Shown here piece after piece: positions 38,901 through 46,401 of a stretch of 64,000 nt of DNA (the stretch's first letter is position 1; each line of letters begins with the position of its first letter). The position numbers and the translations under genes were made by a program. This DNA comes from a virus (taxonomy: Duplodnaviria; Caudoviricetes). The stretch spans positions 1 to 64,000 of IMG/VR virus record IMGVR_UViG_3300033984_000268; one strand, written 5' to 3'. Under the pieces are notes generated by a model that saw only the letters and a program-made list of their open reading frames with translations, had not been told where the DNA came from and ran no database searches.

Positions 38901-39992
38901 TTTATACGTAGATGAATAAACGCTGTTACCACGAGAAGTAATATCATTTAATGCATCTGTAGAAAGACCTTGTTCTGGATTATCCTTATGCCATTTTTTC
39001 ATTTCATCGTTAACAAATTCTTGACGAGCCATATTAGCTTCAAGTTTTGCTTCACCATGTGACATTGTAAATTTACGAGCATCTCTAACAATAGCACCAA
39101 CACCAACAGATAAACGTGCAAGACCATTAAGATCTTTTAACTTATCAGCAGTTCTTAAAAAATCAATTGTGTTAGCTGTAGGATTTATTGCATGAAACGC
39201 ACCTTTACCTAATTTACTCCAAAAACCACGTGCAGTATTTACATCGGTAAGATGATCAAATGCACGAAAATATTTATTTGATTGCGAAGATGCTCTCCAG
39301 GCTTTACTTATACCATTAAAACCACGTTCTAAATTTTTAGCAGTTCTAGCCATTGCCGCTGTTCCACCAAGACCACCGCTTAAAAATGTACCAATGGCTA
39401 ACAATCCTTCTTCTGCAGCAATACCGCCAATAATACCAGCAGTATATCCAGCAGATAACATAGCATTACTGGCACTTCCTAATTTACCTTCACGTGTAGA
39501 AGAATAGGTTTTCATAATGTCACCAAAGTCTTCATAGTTATCACTAGCTGAAAGGGAACCTTCTAAAAAAGTATCCTGTGCACCAATACCGGCAAGTTTT
39601 AAAAAACCTGTTCCAGCACGACCAATATCATCCCATCCATCTGTAGCAGCATTAAAAGCAGTGTTATTATCTTCATACGGATTAAACCCAACTTTACCAA
39701 ATACATCAGAACCAAAAGACTTTAATCTTTTTAAATCTGTTTGTGTGTATGAAAAGTTTTGAGATTTTCCAAAAGACTCATTTCGTTTAGGATTTTTTTG
39801 TGCAACTAGGCTAGAAGCCTGGTTAAATAATTCTTGATTTTTTTTACGAGAATCAATACCTTTCTGAATAAGTTCAAGTTTTTTTGCGTCTTCACCTGAT
39901 AGTTTTTGTACAGGTTTATTATCAACATATTGAACATCTTTTGCAGATGCTTGATCTACACCGCTGTTTTTACCAGTAACTACCTTTGCCAT
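32958..39992 (-). CDS. giant putative ejected/virion protein with hydrophobic N-terminal segments and zincin-like modules
   Basis: 2344 aa; Gly/Ala-rich hydrophobic stretches, EGSQELGQ motif, GFYD...HEMFLH; flanks the RNAP gene. Confidence 0.72.
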   Translation of the reverse strand: MAKVVTGKNSGVDQASAKDVQYVDNKPVQKLSGEDAKKLELIQKGIDSRKKNQELFNQASSLVAQKNPKRNESFGKSQNFSYTQTDLKRLKSFGSDVFGKVGFNPYEDNNTAFNAATDGWDDIGRAGTGFLKLAGIGAQDTFLEGSLSASDNYEDFGDIMKTYSSTREGKLGSASNAMLSAGYTAGIIGGIAAEEGLLAIGTFLSGGLGGTAAMARTAKNLERGFNGISKAWRASSQSNKYFRAFDHLTDVNTARGFWSKLGKGAFHAINPTANTIDFLRTADKLKDLNGLARLSVGVGAIVRDARKFTMSHGEAKLEANMARQEFVNDEMKKWHKDNPEQGLSTDALNDITSRGNSVYSSTYKANFGLIYATNALGLDNMFTSEKALSRAFKLNKIGKAGFNVVARQPGYIGGKLVAFGGRGGRGAAEYWGQFALSGVSEGSQELGQDLISNTSKYYYGKTEQERQLRGSQWDVLSEDFDRSYNSLFHGKVKVNGKWVMNADNQGKPAGLETFLGGALIGGFMGPINTAQSLMFDFTQGGGNKTLYNAAFNRDQYKKDKDSQFKQIQAKAELLNAFIKNEHAFLQEIKKPVFAQKAIQDKILEAVQNGNTKELEDLKQEAFGLQLQTMFDNDLQDDFVKHLKGMAKDATPQELNQAFNRTDITEQNAAAFRAKLVQKADRVNEHKDQYDKIQNEMINPITVSDLRPSDKDYRANIVRYHAFENLKKEMLVSNVNIQSIADRNKAMDEKLSKSLNLSTIERDSLLDSSSLNTNIEVLETQVEGSKGLDLKGTAKRDYDKAVVKLAALKKYKESVDKIEKAEVGEFNEGDHNDMFDAYVDVLASFDQTSGLSKEEQRALANRTFDSVYDHINLTKEGKAFKKLANTLSDPTYAGNFIAEQEKVLNHILDNKTQHISNSLEAFQVRKESSKMMQMLAEKGVYFSLTELDDLVKKGIMPSRFYDIATQKEATDAQLKYAQGVVEGFYKNLTGKVITGGKDGLARKNSRSKTDTRKSKDILKQYGLTLNQMIDLNEKEGDAFLNKLISNKDLSNTERELLKAVSATKAKLIFTDNAEAPVMKVGDVVYIDIRYASSEFKDAQVSFENLVISAIVQEKIAGNIEDNATLKATATRMMEQTKALFLKTVPTANVEGLSMFNNVEEFIIEVLNNKSLQATLAQVKDEVSSSRRSLWTNMMIMVKTSLSKESALNGTMLDRGINIASQALDIPGAIDVQIEDEKTKPKKERKLSTSTNAKSKTEVKRLKDLEKMARKLNKQFGTNVSIVTSTDVAKKIVDSLKNPMHQKFADILFEAVRGYGVNDRVIELRKSFDSPALSQLLRDVYNKSESISELIENLKDLTAYEAGQLGPVIDWLTRNADNLQDGIEAVSNIFFQLDDANTAGFYDENTNTAYIVADNVNETTMLHEMFLHPFLVDAERNNVDLYGQLVANAISDDSIREYVIQVYGTEQELGTRQYHHELVARAFDIAAGRVINQKLNRNFLQKLKEFFQRMFKKMMGNQQVAFVDELDFLTTVDELATMIVKDRTQFEFWSDANIKPDAVEIISDFIAPTTETEETEETETETPFEEVNDTTEERADLQNRIRNIDAMVNNIAGKLSSGTITKSREITSLNSERTKLLIERKQLQQELDALPVSVSPTTNVVTDTPVDSSLEPIEYSEDDFNYNADGSLIYDQNVPYQQFPLTLQYAMANVFGKSHGNITESEMNVINRYIKDGHKDFIDAIVEYNQNAKAVTQAQKDNAARVEAERKERKDKPVKDVLSDDELMDHLLTKSGLTIDTSILTDSERKDLIKAFKERALDVPGIIHFIFEKKMLVELEAQQKLDDEAQARYEAEFMELLDAEEEFQRKKDRKKKRATSTSTNLDTLTAGTLEFQEEDAKGKLKTVSVKIGKALGRFISIYHPKIFKQEAEAFAKSVRDFKREVTAEKKRISDNIKFSENEVLATKELVDLFFKLERKGMLVPVIATEINKKLLEVKNPYRIRIINKKGYKPIGTIYSIEHGTKAQLKGTVALPSVKKENKIIENKLVTEEKDVLSTEEEPRTPEEIDFFSTEEGQKMIEDEFKYLEEYYNSKLFTIETGSYTGPIEDLTETERIIYNRAVAEGLYEKEEAPKKEPKRDLFMEGLAEKTEQDKVEQELNVLVNAFIKENVKEEPQKAYETHPLQKEFVSKIKNGPMATSLAYAVGVYQYVSQQSSKFSDKQIATIESILVDDKLSKGFYTNEISKEDVLMKDGARYKIMSATKNTISVFNVETSNLENLDILNFLSNIKDVVAEEVPVKKESFETKPSTKKGKIIKDALQNVFSNFDTSVAADLFVEDSIIETLKTQCK

Positions 39993-39995
39993 ATC

Positions 39996-42362
39996 TTATT
40001 TTTCTTCTTGTTTTTGTAACTCCTTATATTGTTTCAAAGCTTCATAAAAATGTAACTCTGCATCATCCCATTTTGTTGAAGATACAGGACCTATGTTAAA
40101 TTCCATTTCTTCAAATGAACCAGGCATGATTAACGAAGGTATTGAAGTTTTACCAACTAGCATACCATCTTTATTAACTATTTTTGATTGTTTAAAATCA
40201 CGTGTATTCAATAAAGGTTTTTCACCAGTGTAATTGTATGTAAAATCAGAAGTTGATTCTTGAGATGCAGCATAATGAGGATCTTTAATTTTTTGCAATT
40301 GATCGTTTGGAATAAACATTGCCATTTTTTTACCAGTATCTTCATCTTTAAAAACATAAGAACTGAACTGACGATTGCCACCAGGATGCGCATAAAATTC
40401 AGCTGTTACATTTTCACCAGCAGTTTTAAGAAATGAATGTAATTTTTTTATAGTTTCATCATTTTCTTGAAACTCATTTTTAAATGAATTTAATTTTTTG
40501 TCAATATTTTGATCGGTGATATAAACACCACCCTGGATATTTAAAACACTATTTTCAGCAGATTGATTATTAACCATTGATAAAACATTTTGAATGGTTT
40601 TAAATTTTTCCATGTTACCTGTTGAGTTTTTATTAGAAAAATCTAATCCTCTTAACGCAACAACTTGAGATGTATTGTTACCAAATCCACCAATTTTATT
40701 TCCATTTTTATCTTCAGATAAAACCATCAATGAATTTTTATATCGTTCAGAAGGATCAACATCATTAAACTTTTTAACAAAAATTTTATTTAATCTATCG
40801 TATGCTTCATCATATTTTTTTCCATGTCTATTATCATCTTGAGTTATTTTCATACCTACAGGTGACCAGTCCGTTCTGCCTTGATATGTATATTTACCAT
40901 CTTTAAACGTCATTTCATCAAAGTTAATTTTAGCACCTTTATATGCTTTTTTCATTGATTCTCTATTCACAGTTTGTTCAAAATCAGCACGAGATCTAAC
41001 TCTACCATCTTTTGTTAAAAATGAATTAACAAGTGTATTTTGATCAACAAAATCCGATAAATCAACATCTAAATTTTCACCATACATTTTTTCTTTTGCT
41101 TGGTTTCTTGATGCAGAATCTACTTTAGACCAATTATTAAATAATAAACCTGTACGAACCATTCCTTGACGACCTTTTAAAATTTCATCTTTTTGTCTAT
41201 CAACACCACCTTGATTAAAAGAAGCAGCAACTGAATCAGAATTACCATAAAAGTCATCGTGATTTAAAGAATCATGATGTTTGTCAAACAAATATTTAGT
41301 TCCATAAAAACCTAAACTACCTGCAAGTTTTGTAACAGCGTCACCTTGTTTTGCTAGATATGCATATTTAGCTTTTGGATCTTTAATGTTATTTGCTTGT
41401 CTTAATATTCCTAATGCAACACCACGATCTTTATTTTTAGAATCTCCTGTAACAGTACCGTATTTAGATACATGTGTCAATAAATCTGTAGTATATGCAA
41501 ATGATTTTTGTGCATTATCTATATCATCTTCATCTATATCTTTACCACCAGCAGCATACTTATTTAATATTTTTGATGAGTTAGCTGTCCAAGCACCCAT
41601 AACTGGTGTAGAATATTTTAAATACGTTTGTTGTATAGCTTTTTCGTGATTAACAATAGTTTTATATCCTAAATCAAAATTAGTATCAAGTGTAGAACTC
41701 ATTGCAGGAGCACCAGTTTTTTTATTCCATACACCAGATGGACCATCATGTTCACGATCATAATCTTTTTGAGCCATGAATTTATTGTCTTCCGGACGTA
41801 TAACGTACTTTGAATTGTTTTTAAAATTTTCTGGAGCCAATGTAGTTTTAAAATCTTGAAACGCGTTATATGCATTAGTGTATGTTGATGCCATGTCACT
41901 ACCACCATCCTTTAATGCTTTTAGAAATGCAGTATTGTGCTTTTCTAAAGTCTTATACTTATCAACAAAATCTTCAGAATATGATTTGTTTTTTTGTTTT
42001 AAGTTTGCTAAAACATTTGGAATCCCTACATCTATTTGTTTTAAAAAAGGATTGTTTTTATTAGGATTAGTTATCTGTTCAGTAATAGCTCTAGAAACAG
42101 CATCTGCTTGAGCTTTTTTAGAATTTTCAGCATATACTTTAGAAAATTGACCTTCATACATAGAAGCTATAAAACCCATGTCAACATCTTTAGTATTAAT
42201 ACCAAGTTTTTTTATAATTGGTGCATAATCAGTTTCAAACTTTTTAGGTGGTTGAACAGCCCTAACATTTGCTAATGGATCTTTTAAATTAATTGGTGCT
42301 GTTGGAGTTGTAGTAGCAACCGTTTTTGGTGTAGCTCTAACATTTGCTAATGGATCTGTCAT
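39996..42362 (-). CDS. putative virion cargo protein
   Basis: 788-aa ORF between tail genes and the RNAP cluster; assignment by position only. Confidence 0.55.
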   Translation of the reverse strand: MTDPLANVRATPKTVATTTPTAPINLKDPLANVRAVQPPKKFETDYAPIIKKLGINTKDVDMGFIASMYEGQFSKVYAENSKKAQADAVSRAITEQITNPNKNNPFLKQIDVGIPNVLANLKQKNKSYSEDFVDKYKTLEKHNTAFLKALKDGGSDMASTYTNAYNAFQDFKTTLAPENFKNNSKYVIRPEDNKFMAQKDYDREHDGPSGVWNKKTGAPAMSSTLDTNFDLGYKTIVNHEKAIQQTYLKYSTPVMGAWTANSSKILNKYAAGGKDIDEDDIDNAQKSFAYTTDLLTHVSKYGTVTGDSKNKDRGVALGILRQANNIKDPKAKYAYLAKQGDAVTKLAGSLGFYGTKYLFDKHHDSLNHDDFYGNSDSVAASFNQGGVDRQKDEILKGRQGMVRTGLLFNNWSKVDSASRNQAKEKMYGENLDVDLSDFVDQNTLVNSFLTKDGRVRSRADFEQTVNRESMKKAYKGAKINFDEMTFKDGKYTYQGRTDWSPVGMKITQDDNRHGKKYDEAYDRLNKIFVKKFNDVDPSERYKNSLMVLSEDKNGNKIGGFGNNTSQVVALRGLDFSNKNSTGNMEKFKTIQNVLSMVNNQSAENSVLNIQGGVYITDQNIDKKLNSFKNEFQENDETIKKLHSFLKTAGENVTAEFYAHPGGNRQFSSYVFKDEDTGKKMAMFIPNDQLQKIKDPHYAASQESTSDFTYNYTGEKPLLNTRDFKQSKIVNKDGMLVGKTSIPSLIMPGSFEEMEFNIGPVSSTKWDDAELHFYEALKQYKELQKQEEK
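42262..42357 (-). repeat. 21-nt direct repeat encoding a duplicated DPLANVRA peptide
   Basis: CTAACATTTGCTAATGGATCT at 42262-42282 and 42337-42357. Confidence 0.85.
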
Positions 42363-42386
42363 GATAATATTTTTTAATTATTTTTT

Positions 42387-44168
42387 TTATTTAAGTGTTT
42401 TGTAATAATTTTTAGCAAGTTGTAAATAAGTTTGGTTAGAATAATCTGATTGTTTTTTTGCCCATGTAATGAATAAATCAGTTGATGCATCGGTTGTAGA
42501 AACTGATGCAGTTTTTAATTGTTTTTTAATAAATGGTACATAATCCGTTTGAGTATAAAAACCATTTGACGCTAATTCTGCTGGAGTAACAACATCAGGA
42601 TAAACATAAGCATCTTGTTGGTCTGCTAAAAATCCATTGTATTTAATTTTTTCTTTTTTAAGTTGAGAATAATATGAATCTACACCTTTTACAACTAATG
42701 TGTTATCAGATTTTCCAGTGTCTTTATAATCTTTAAGCATTACTCCAATTGCTTCTTTAGTTAATGGATTACCATCGGTTACTGTTGCATTATAAATAAA
42801 ATCTATTTTTTTAGAATCCGAATTATTTTCCATTAAAGCAATAGCTTCTCTTTGTGAATTTAACTCTTCAGACTTATCTTTTGGTGCTTTTGCAGTAGCT
42901 TCAGCAGCATCAATTTTCATTTGTTGAATTTCTTTATCGGCAGCAATACGTTTATTTTCTATTGTAAGTTTTTGTGAAAACTCAATTTCATTTAATTTAT
43001 ATGCATCTACTTCTTTTTTTGTACTATAATCAGAATACGCTAATATTTTTGCAGAATCTTGAATCTCATCCATCATGAAAGATGCACCAGCTTGTTGATC
43101 CAATAAGTTACCGGCTGAAATAATACTCATGTTATTATTACGATTAGCCGATACTTTATTTACATACTCTAAATAATCATTTGCTTCTTTACTACTTTGT
43201 TGTAAAGCTAAAATTTCTCTATACTCATTATACTTTTGAGAACCTTCTTTAATCTTACCTTCATTGATTTGTTTTTCATAAGTGATTACTTTAGAATCAA
43301 GTATGTCTTTATCAATTTTTAATGTTGATGCTGCTCTATCAATCTTGTCAGTATAAACTTTGTGTTGGCTATTCATATAGCCAACCATAGCGTCATTCTC
43401 ATCTTTGTATTCACCGTTATTAATCTTACCTCTCATCCAACCTTTTCTTTCAACAAATGCTTTTGTAGCATACATCTCTGTAAATTTTGGATCATCTGCT
43501 AATGCTTTTGTAAACAATGCAGTTAAAGGATTAATTAATTGTGTACCATTGGTAGTTGTAACCATGTATTTACCATCTTCTGATAGTTTATCTGTGGACA
43601 TTTTAAGACCAGAGTCTTTAAAATACTTTAATGCTTTATCAAACACCTTGTTGTATGGAACATAAGTTACATCACCATAACTCATAGCTTCAGTTGAATT
43701 TAACCCTTTAAATTCTTCCATTCTATAGTTTAATGCATCTACACCTTCTTGCCAGAATTGACCACCACATTTTTCAGGATCAACACAATTTTTAAATGAT
43801 TCAGCTTTACCTATTTCATTATTGTAGTTTTTAGTCCAAACCATATCCTTAACAATATTTTTGTTAGTGTATATCGATTGGAAAACATTTGCTGCGGCTT
43901 GTACGTTTGTATCCAATGAGAAATCAAGACCTCCCATTTTTTTAATATCATGATTGATTACTTTAAAAAATTCATCGCGAGCAGCAACATTTTCAGCTCT
44001 ACTCATGTCTGAATTAAGTATGGAACCATATAAATCATTAATTTTTTTATGACCTGCAACATACGCAGACTCTTTTGTTTGCAACATTTGTTGATCAAAC
44101 GCCAAGTTACTTTGCGTTGGATGCGTCTGTGTTACATAATCTGTTACTCCATTTAAAAAAGTTGCCAT
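42387..44168 (-). CDS. putative virion cargo protein
   Basis: 593-aa helical ORF in the cargo cluster; assignment by position. Confidence 0.55.
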   Translation of the reverse strand: MATFLNGVTDYVTQTHPTQSNLAFDQQMLQTKESAYVAGHKKINDLYGSILNSDMSRAENVAARDEFFKVINHDIKKMGGLDFSLDTNVQAAANVFQSIYTNKNIVKDMVWTKNYNNEIGKAESFKNCVDPEKCGGQFWQEGVDALNYRMEEFKGLNSTEAMSYGDVTYVPYNKVFDKALKYFKDSGLKMSTDKLSEDGKYMVTTTNGTQLINPLTALFTKALADDPKFTEMYATKAFVERKGWMRGKINNGEYKDENDAMVGYMNSQHKVYTDKIDRAASTLKIDKDILDSKVITYEKQINEGKIKEGSQKYNEYREILALQQSSKEANDYLEYVNKVSANRNNNMSIISAGNLLDQQAGASFMMDEIQDSAKILAYSDYSTKKEVDAYKLNEIEFSQKLTIENKRIAADKEIQQMKIDAAEATAKAPKDKSEELNSQREAIALMENNSDSKKIDFIYNATVTDGNPLTKEAIGVMLKDYKDTGKSDNTLVVKGVDSYYSQLKKEKIKYNGFLADQQDAYVYPDVVTPAELASNGFYTQTDYVPFIKKQLKTASVSTTDASTDLFITWAKKQSDYSNQTYLQLAKNYYKTLK

Positions 44169-44205
44169 CTTGTAATTTTTATAAAGGTATTAATTAAATG
44201 TAAAT

Positions 44206-46401
44206 TTAAGAGTTTTTAGTTTTAACTTCATCTGGTTTCAAGATGTCATCTTCCTTAAATTTCCAGTCACCACTCATCTGTCCTTTCAAAATAGCTAACA
44301 CTGTTTTTTCATCAGTACCTGCAGGTAATTTAGATTTTAAATCGCTGTATTTTTGAGCAACATCTTCAGAACTTGTTTCTCTACCATCTAATGGTTTAGC
44401 ATTTGCCAAATAGATTTTACCTGTAAGAGGATCAATTTTTTCGTAGTTACTATTGACATTTAAGTTGTAACGATTACTTCTTTCAGTATAAGCATTGTTT
44501 ATTGCTGCAGTAATTGCATCATCTGCTTTTTCATGTGAATTAGCAAAGTTTTGTACACGTGTTGCATGTTGAGCCCACAGGTTTGTAGCATCTTGTGCAT
44601 CTTGTGCATGTTTAGCATTTGCTAACTGCGTGTTTGACTGATTAACTTGATTGTATAAACCAATGTTTTTTGTAGAATTATCATCAATTGCACCAGCTGC
44701 TTTAGCATAAACTTGAGCGTTAATACTATTTATTGCAGCTTGTGTCGATGCTTGACTTCCAAACGCACTAGCAGATCTTATTGCACCTGCAGCTAATGTA
44801 TTTGCTTCTGCAATCTTACGTTCAGGACTATCAAACTGCGGTTCTAATAAATTAAACTGTGACGCTTTTTGCCATTCAGGAATATTAAGAATATGTCGTT
44901 TAGCAGCAAAAGTACGATTCATCGTATTTATATCCTGTATTCTGAATCCATCTGGATTAATAGATGGTGGAATTGGATCTAAATTTTTGATTGTACCTTT
45001 TTTATAAACATCTTCTGGTGCAGGTTTTATTGTAATTGGTGCTTGAGGATTACCTTTAAACCCTGCAGTTTGTCCTGTAGTAGTATCCGTATAAATACCA
45101 TCAGCTTTTGATAATGGATACGCTTTATTATTAAAAGTACTTTCATCAGCAATTCCTAATTTAGGAGCTTCAAATGGAGATAATACAGTTTGTAATTCTT
45201 TACTATATGTATTTTGATTTAACGCTAATTGATGAAATGCAATATACGATGCTTGCTCTTGTGCAGTTTTATCTGAACCAGGGATTGCTAAATCTTTTTC
45301 CAGACCTTTACCTTTTAAAAAGTCGCTTGTATATTTTGATGAATTTTTATCAGTTGCATTTTGACCAATTTGTGTATAATCAATTCCATGAGCTCTTAAT
45401 GCAAGATTTCTTTTTTGCATATCAATGAAGTTATCCATAACTTCTTTTTCAGTACCTGCAGCAGACCATGTTTTATTTTTAATTGCATTACCATAATCTC
45501 TACCATGAATTGTCGAATTAGCCCAAGCATTATTGTATTCAGTAAACAATGCTTTTTTAAATTCAGGATTTTCTCTAAGGCTTTCAATGTATTGGTATTG
45601 TGCTGCAATTTGTTTATTATTATTAAATAATTTTTTCAAATCAGCATCCGAACCTTTCCATTCAGGAACAACACCGCCACCATCAACATATTTTTTTACA
45701 CCACCTAATGATAAGAATTGTGAATCACCGCCAAGTGCTGCTTGATGCAATGGACCTCCAAAGGCTGCTTGTATTGCACCTGTTGCTTGTTGTGCTTGTT
45801 CTGCATCAACTGAAAATAATTCTTCTGGCGTAACGTGTGTTTTATCAAACCAAGGATTGAATATATCAGTCATCCCATCTTTGAAATTCTTTTTAGATTC
45901 TTGCCACAATGCTAAACTTGAAAGATTGAATGCTGCATTTTTCATTGTCAATGTAGCACTATCTTTTGCAATTTTATCTTGGTATTCATCTTTAAGAATA
46001 GCTTTTGCTGTTGCTAATGCATCCAACCATTTTTTAGAAACTTCAGCAGGTGTTTTTTCACTTTTACCAGTTTCACCAAAGTATTTTAATAACTCTGGAT
46101 CTTTGATAATCATTTTTTTGTTGTTAGAAAAAATGAAAGAAGAACTTTCACCTTCTTCTCCAGCAGAAGGCGGATCCATTGGAGTTCCACCTTTAGCGTG
46201 TGTCTTACCACCAATAGCTTTTAGTTCAACAAGGTTATCCACATTACGATTGTAATTAGTCCAAATTGTTTCACCTTTTTCTGCTTCAATGGTAGCCTTT
46301 TTTTTATCAATCGGCTTTACCGTCTTATTTAGGTTCCCATCAGCTTGTCTGTTAGGAAGTCCTACCACTTTGTATTGAGCCATATTATCTATTTCTTTCA
46401 A
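44206..46401 (-). CDS. putative virion cargo protein with an EAEKGE/GKTHAKGG domain and GG motifs
   Basis: 731 aa (start may be ATG at 46383); IEAEKGET...GGKTHAKGG; clustered AAFGG, AALGG, LSLGG and YVDGG. Confidence 0.6.
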   Translation of the reverse strand: MKEIDNMAQYKVVGLPNRQADGNLNKTVKPIDKKKATIEAEKGETIWTNYNRNVDNLVELKAIGGKTHAKGGTPMDPPSAGEEGESSSFIFSNNKKMIIKDPELLKYFGETGKSEKTPAEVSKKWLDALATAKAILKDEYQDKIAKDSATLTMKNAAFNLSSLALWQESKKNFKDGMTDIFNPWFDKTHVTPEELFSVDAEQAQQATGAIQAAFGGPLHQAALGGDSQFLSLGGVKKYVDGGGVVPEWKGSDADLKKLFNNNKQIAAQYQYIESLRENPEFKKALFTEYNNAWANSTIHGRDYGNAIKNKTWSAAGTEKEVMDNFIDMQKRNLALRAHGIDYTQIGQNATDKNSSKYTSDFLKGKGLEKDLAIPGSDKTAQEQASYIAFHQLALNQNTYSKELQTVLSPFEAPKLGIADESTFNNKAYPLSKADGIYTDTTTGQTAGFKGNPQAPITIKPAPEDVYKKGTIKNLDPIPPSINPDGFRIQDINTMNRTFAAKRHILNIPEWQKASQFNLLEPQFDSPERKIAEANTLAAGAIRSASAFGSQASTQAAINSINAQVYAKAAGAIDDNSTKNIGLYNQVNQSNTQLANAKHAQDAQDATNLWAQHATRVQNFANSHEKADDAITAAINNAYTERSNRYNLNVNSNYEKIDPLTGKIYLANAKPLDGRETSSEDVAQKYSDLKSKLPAGTDEKTVLAILKGQMSGDWKFKEDDILKPDEVKTKNS

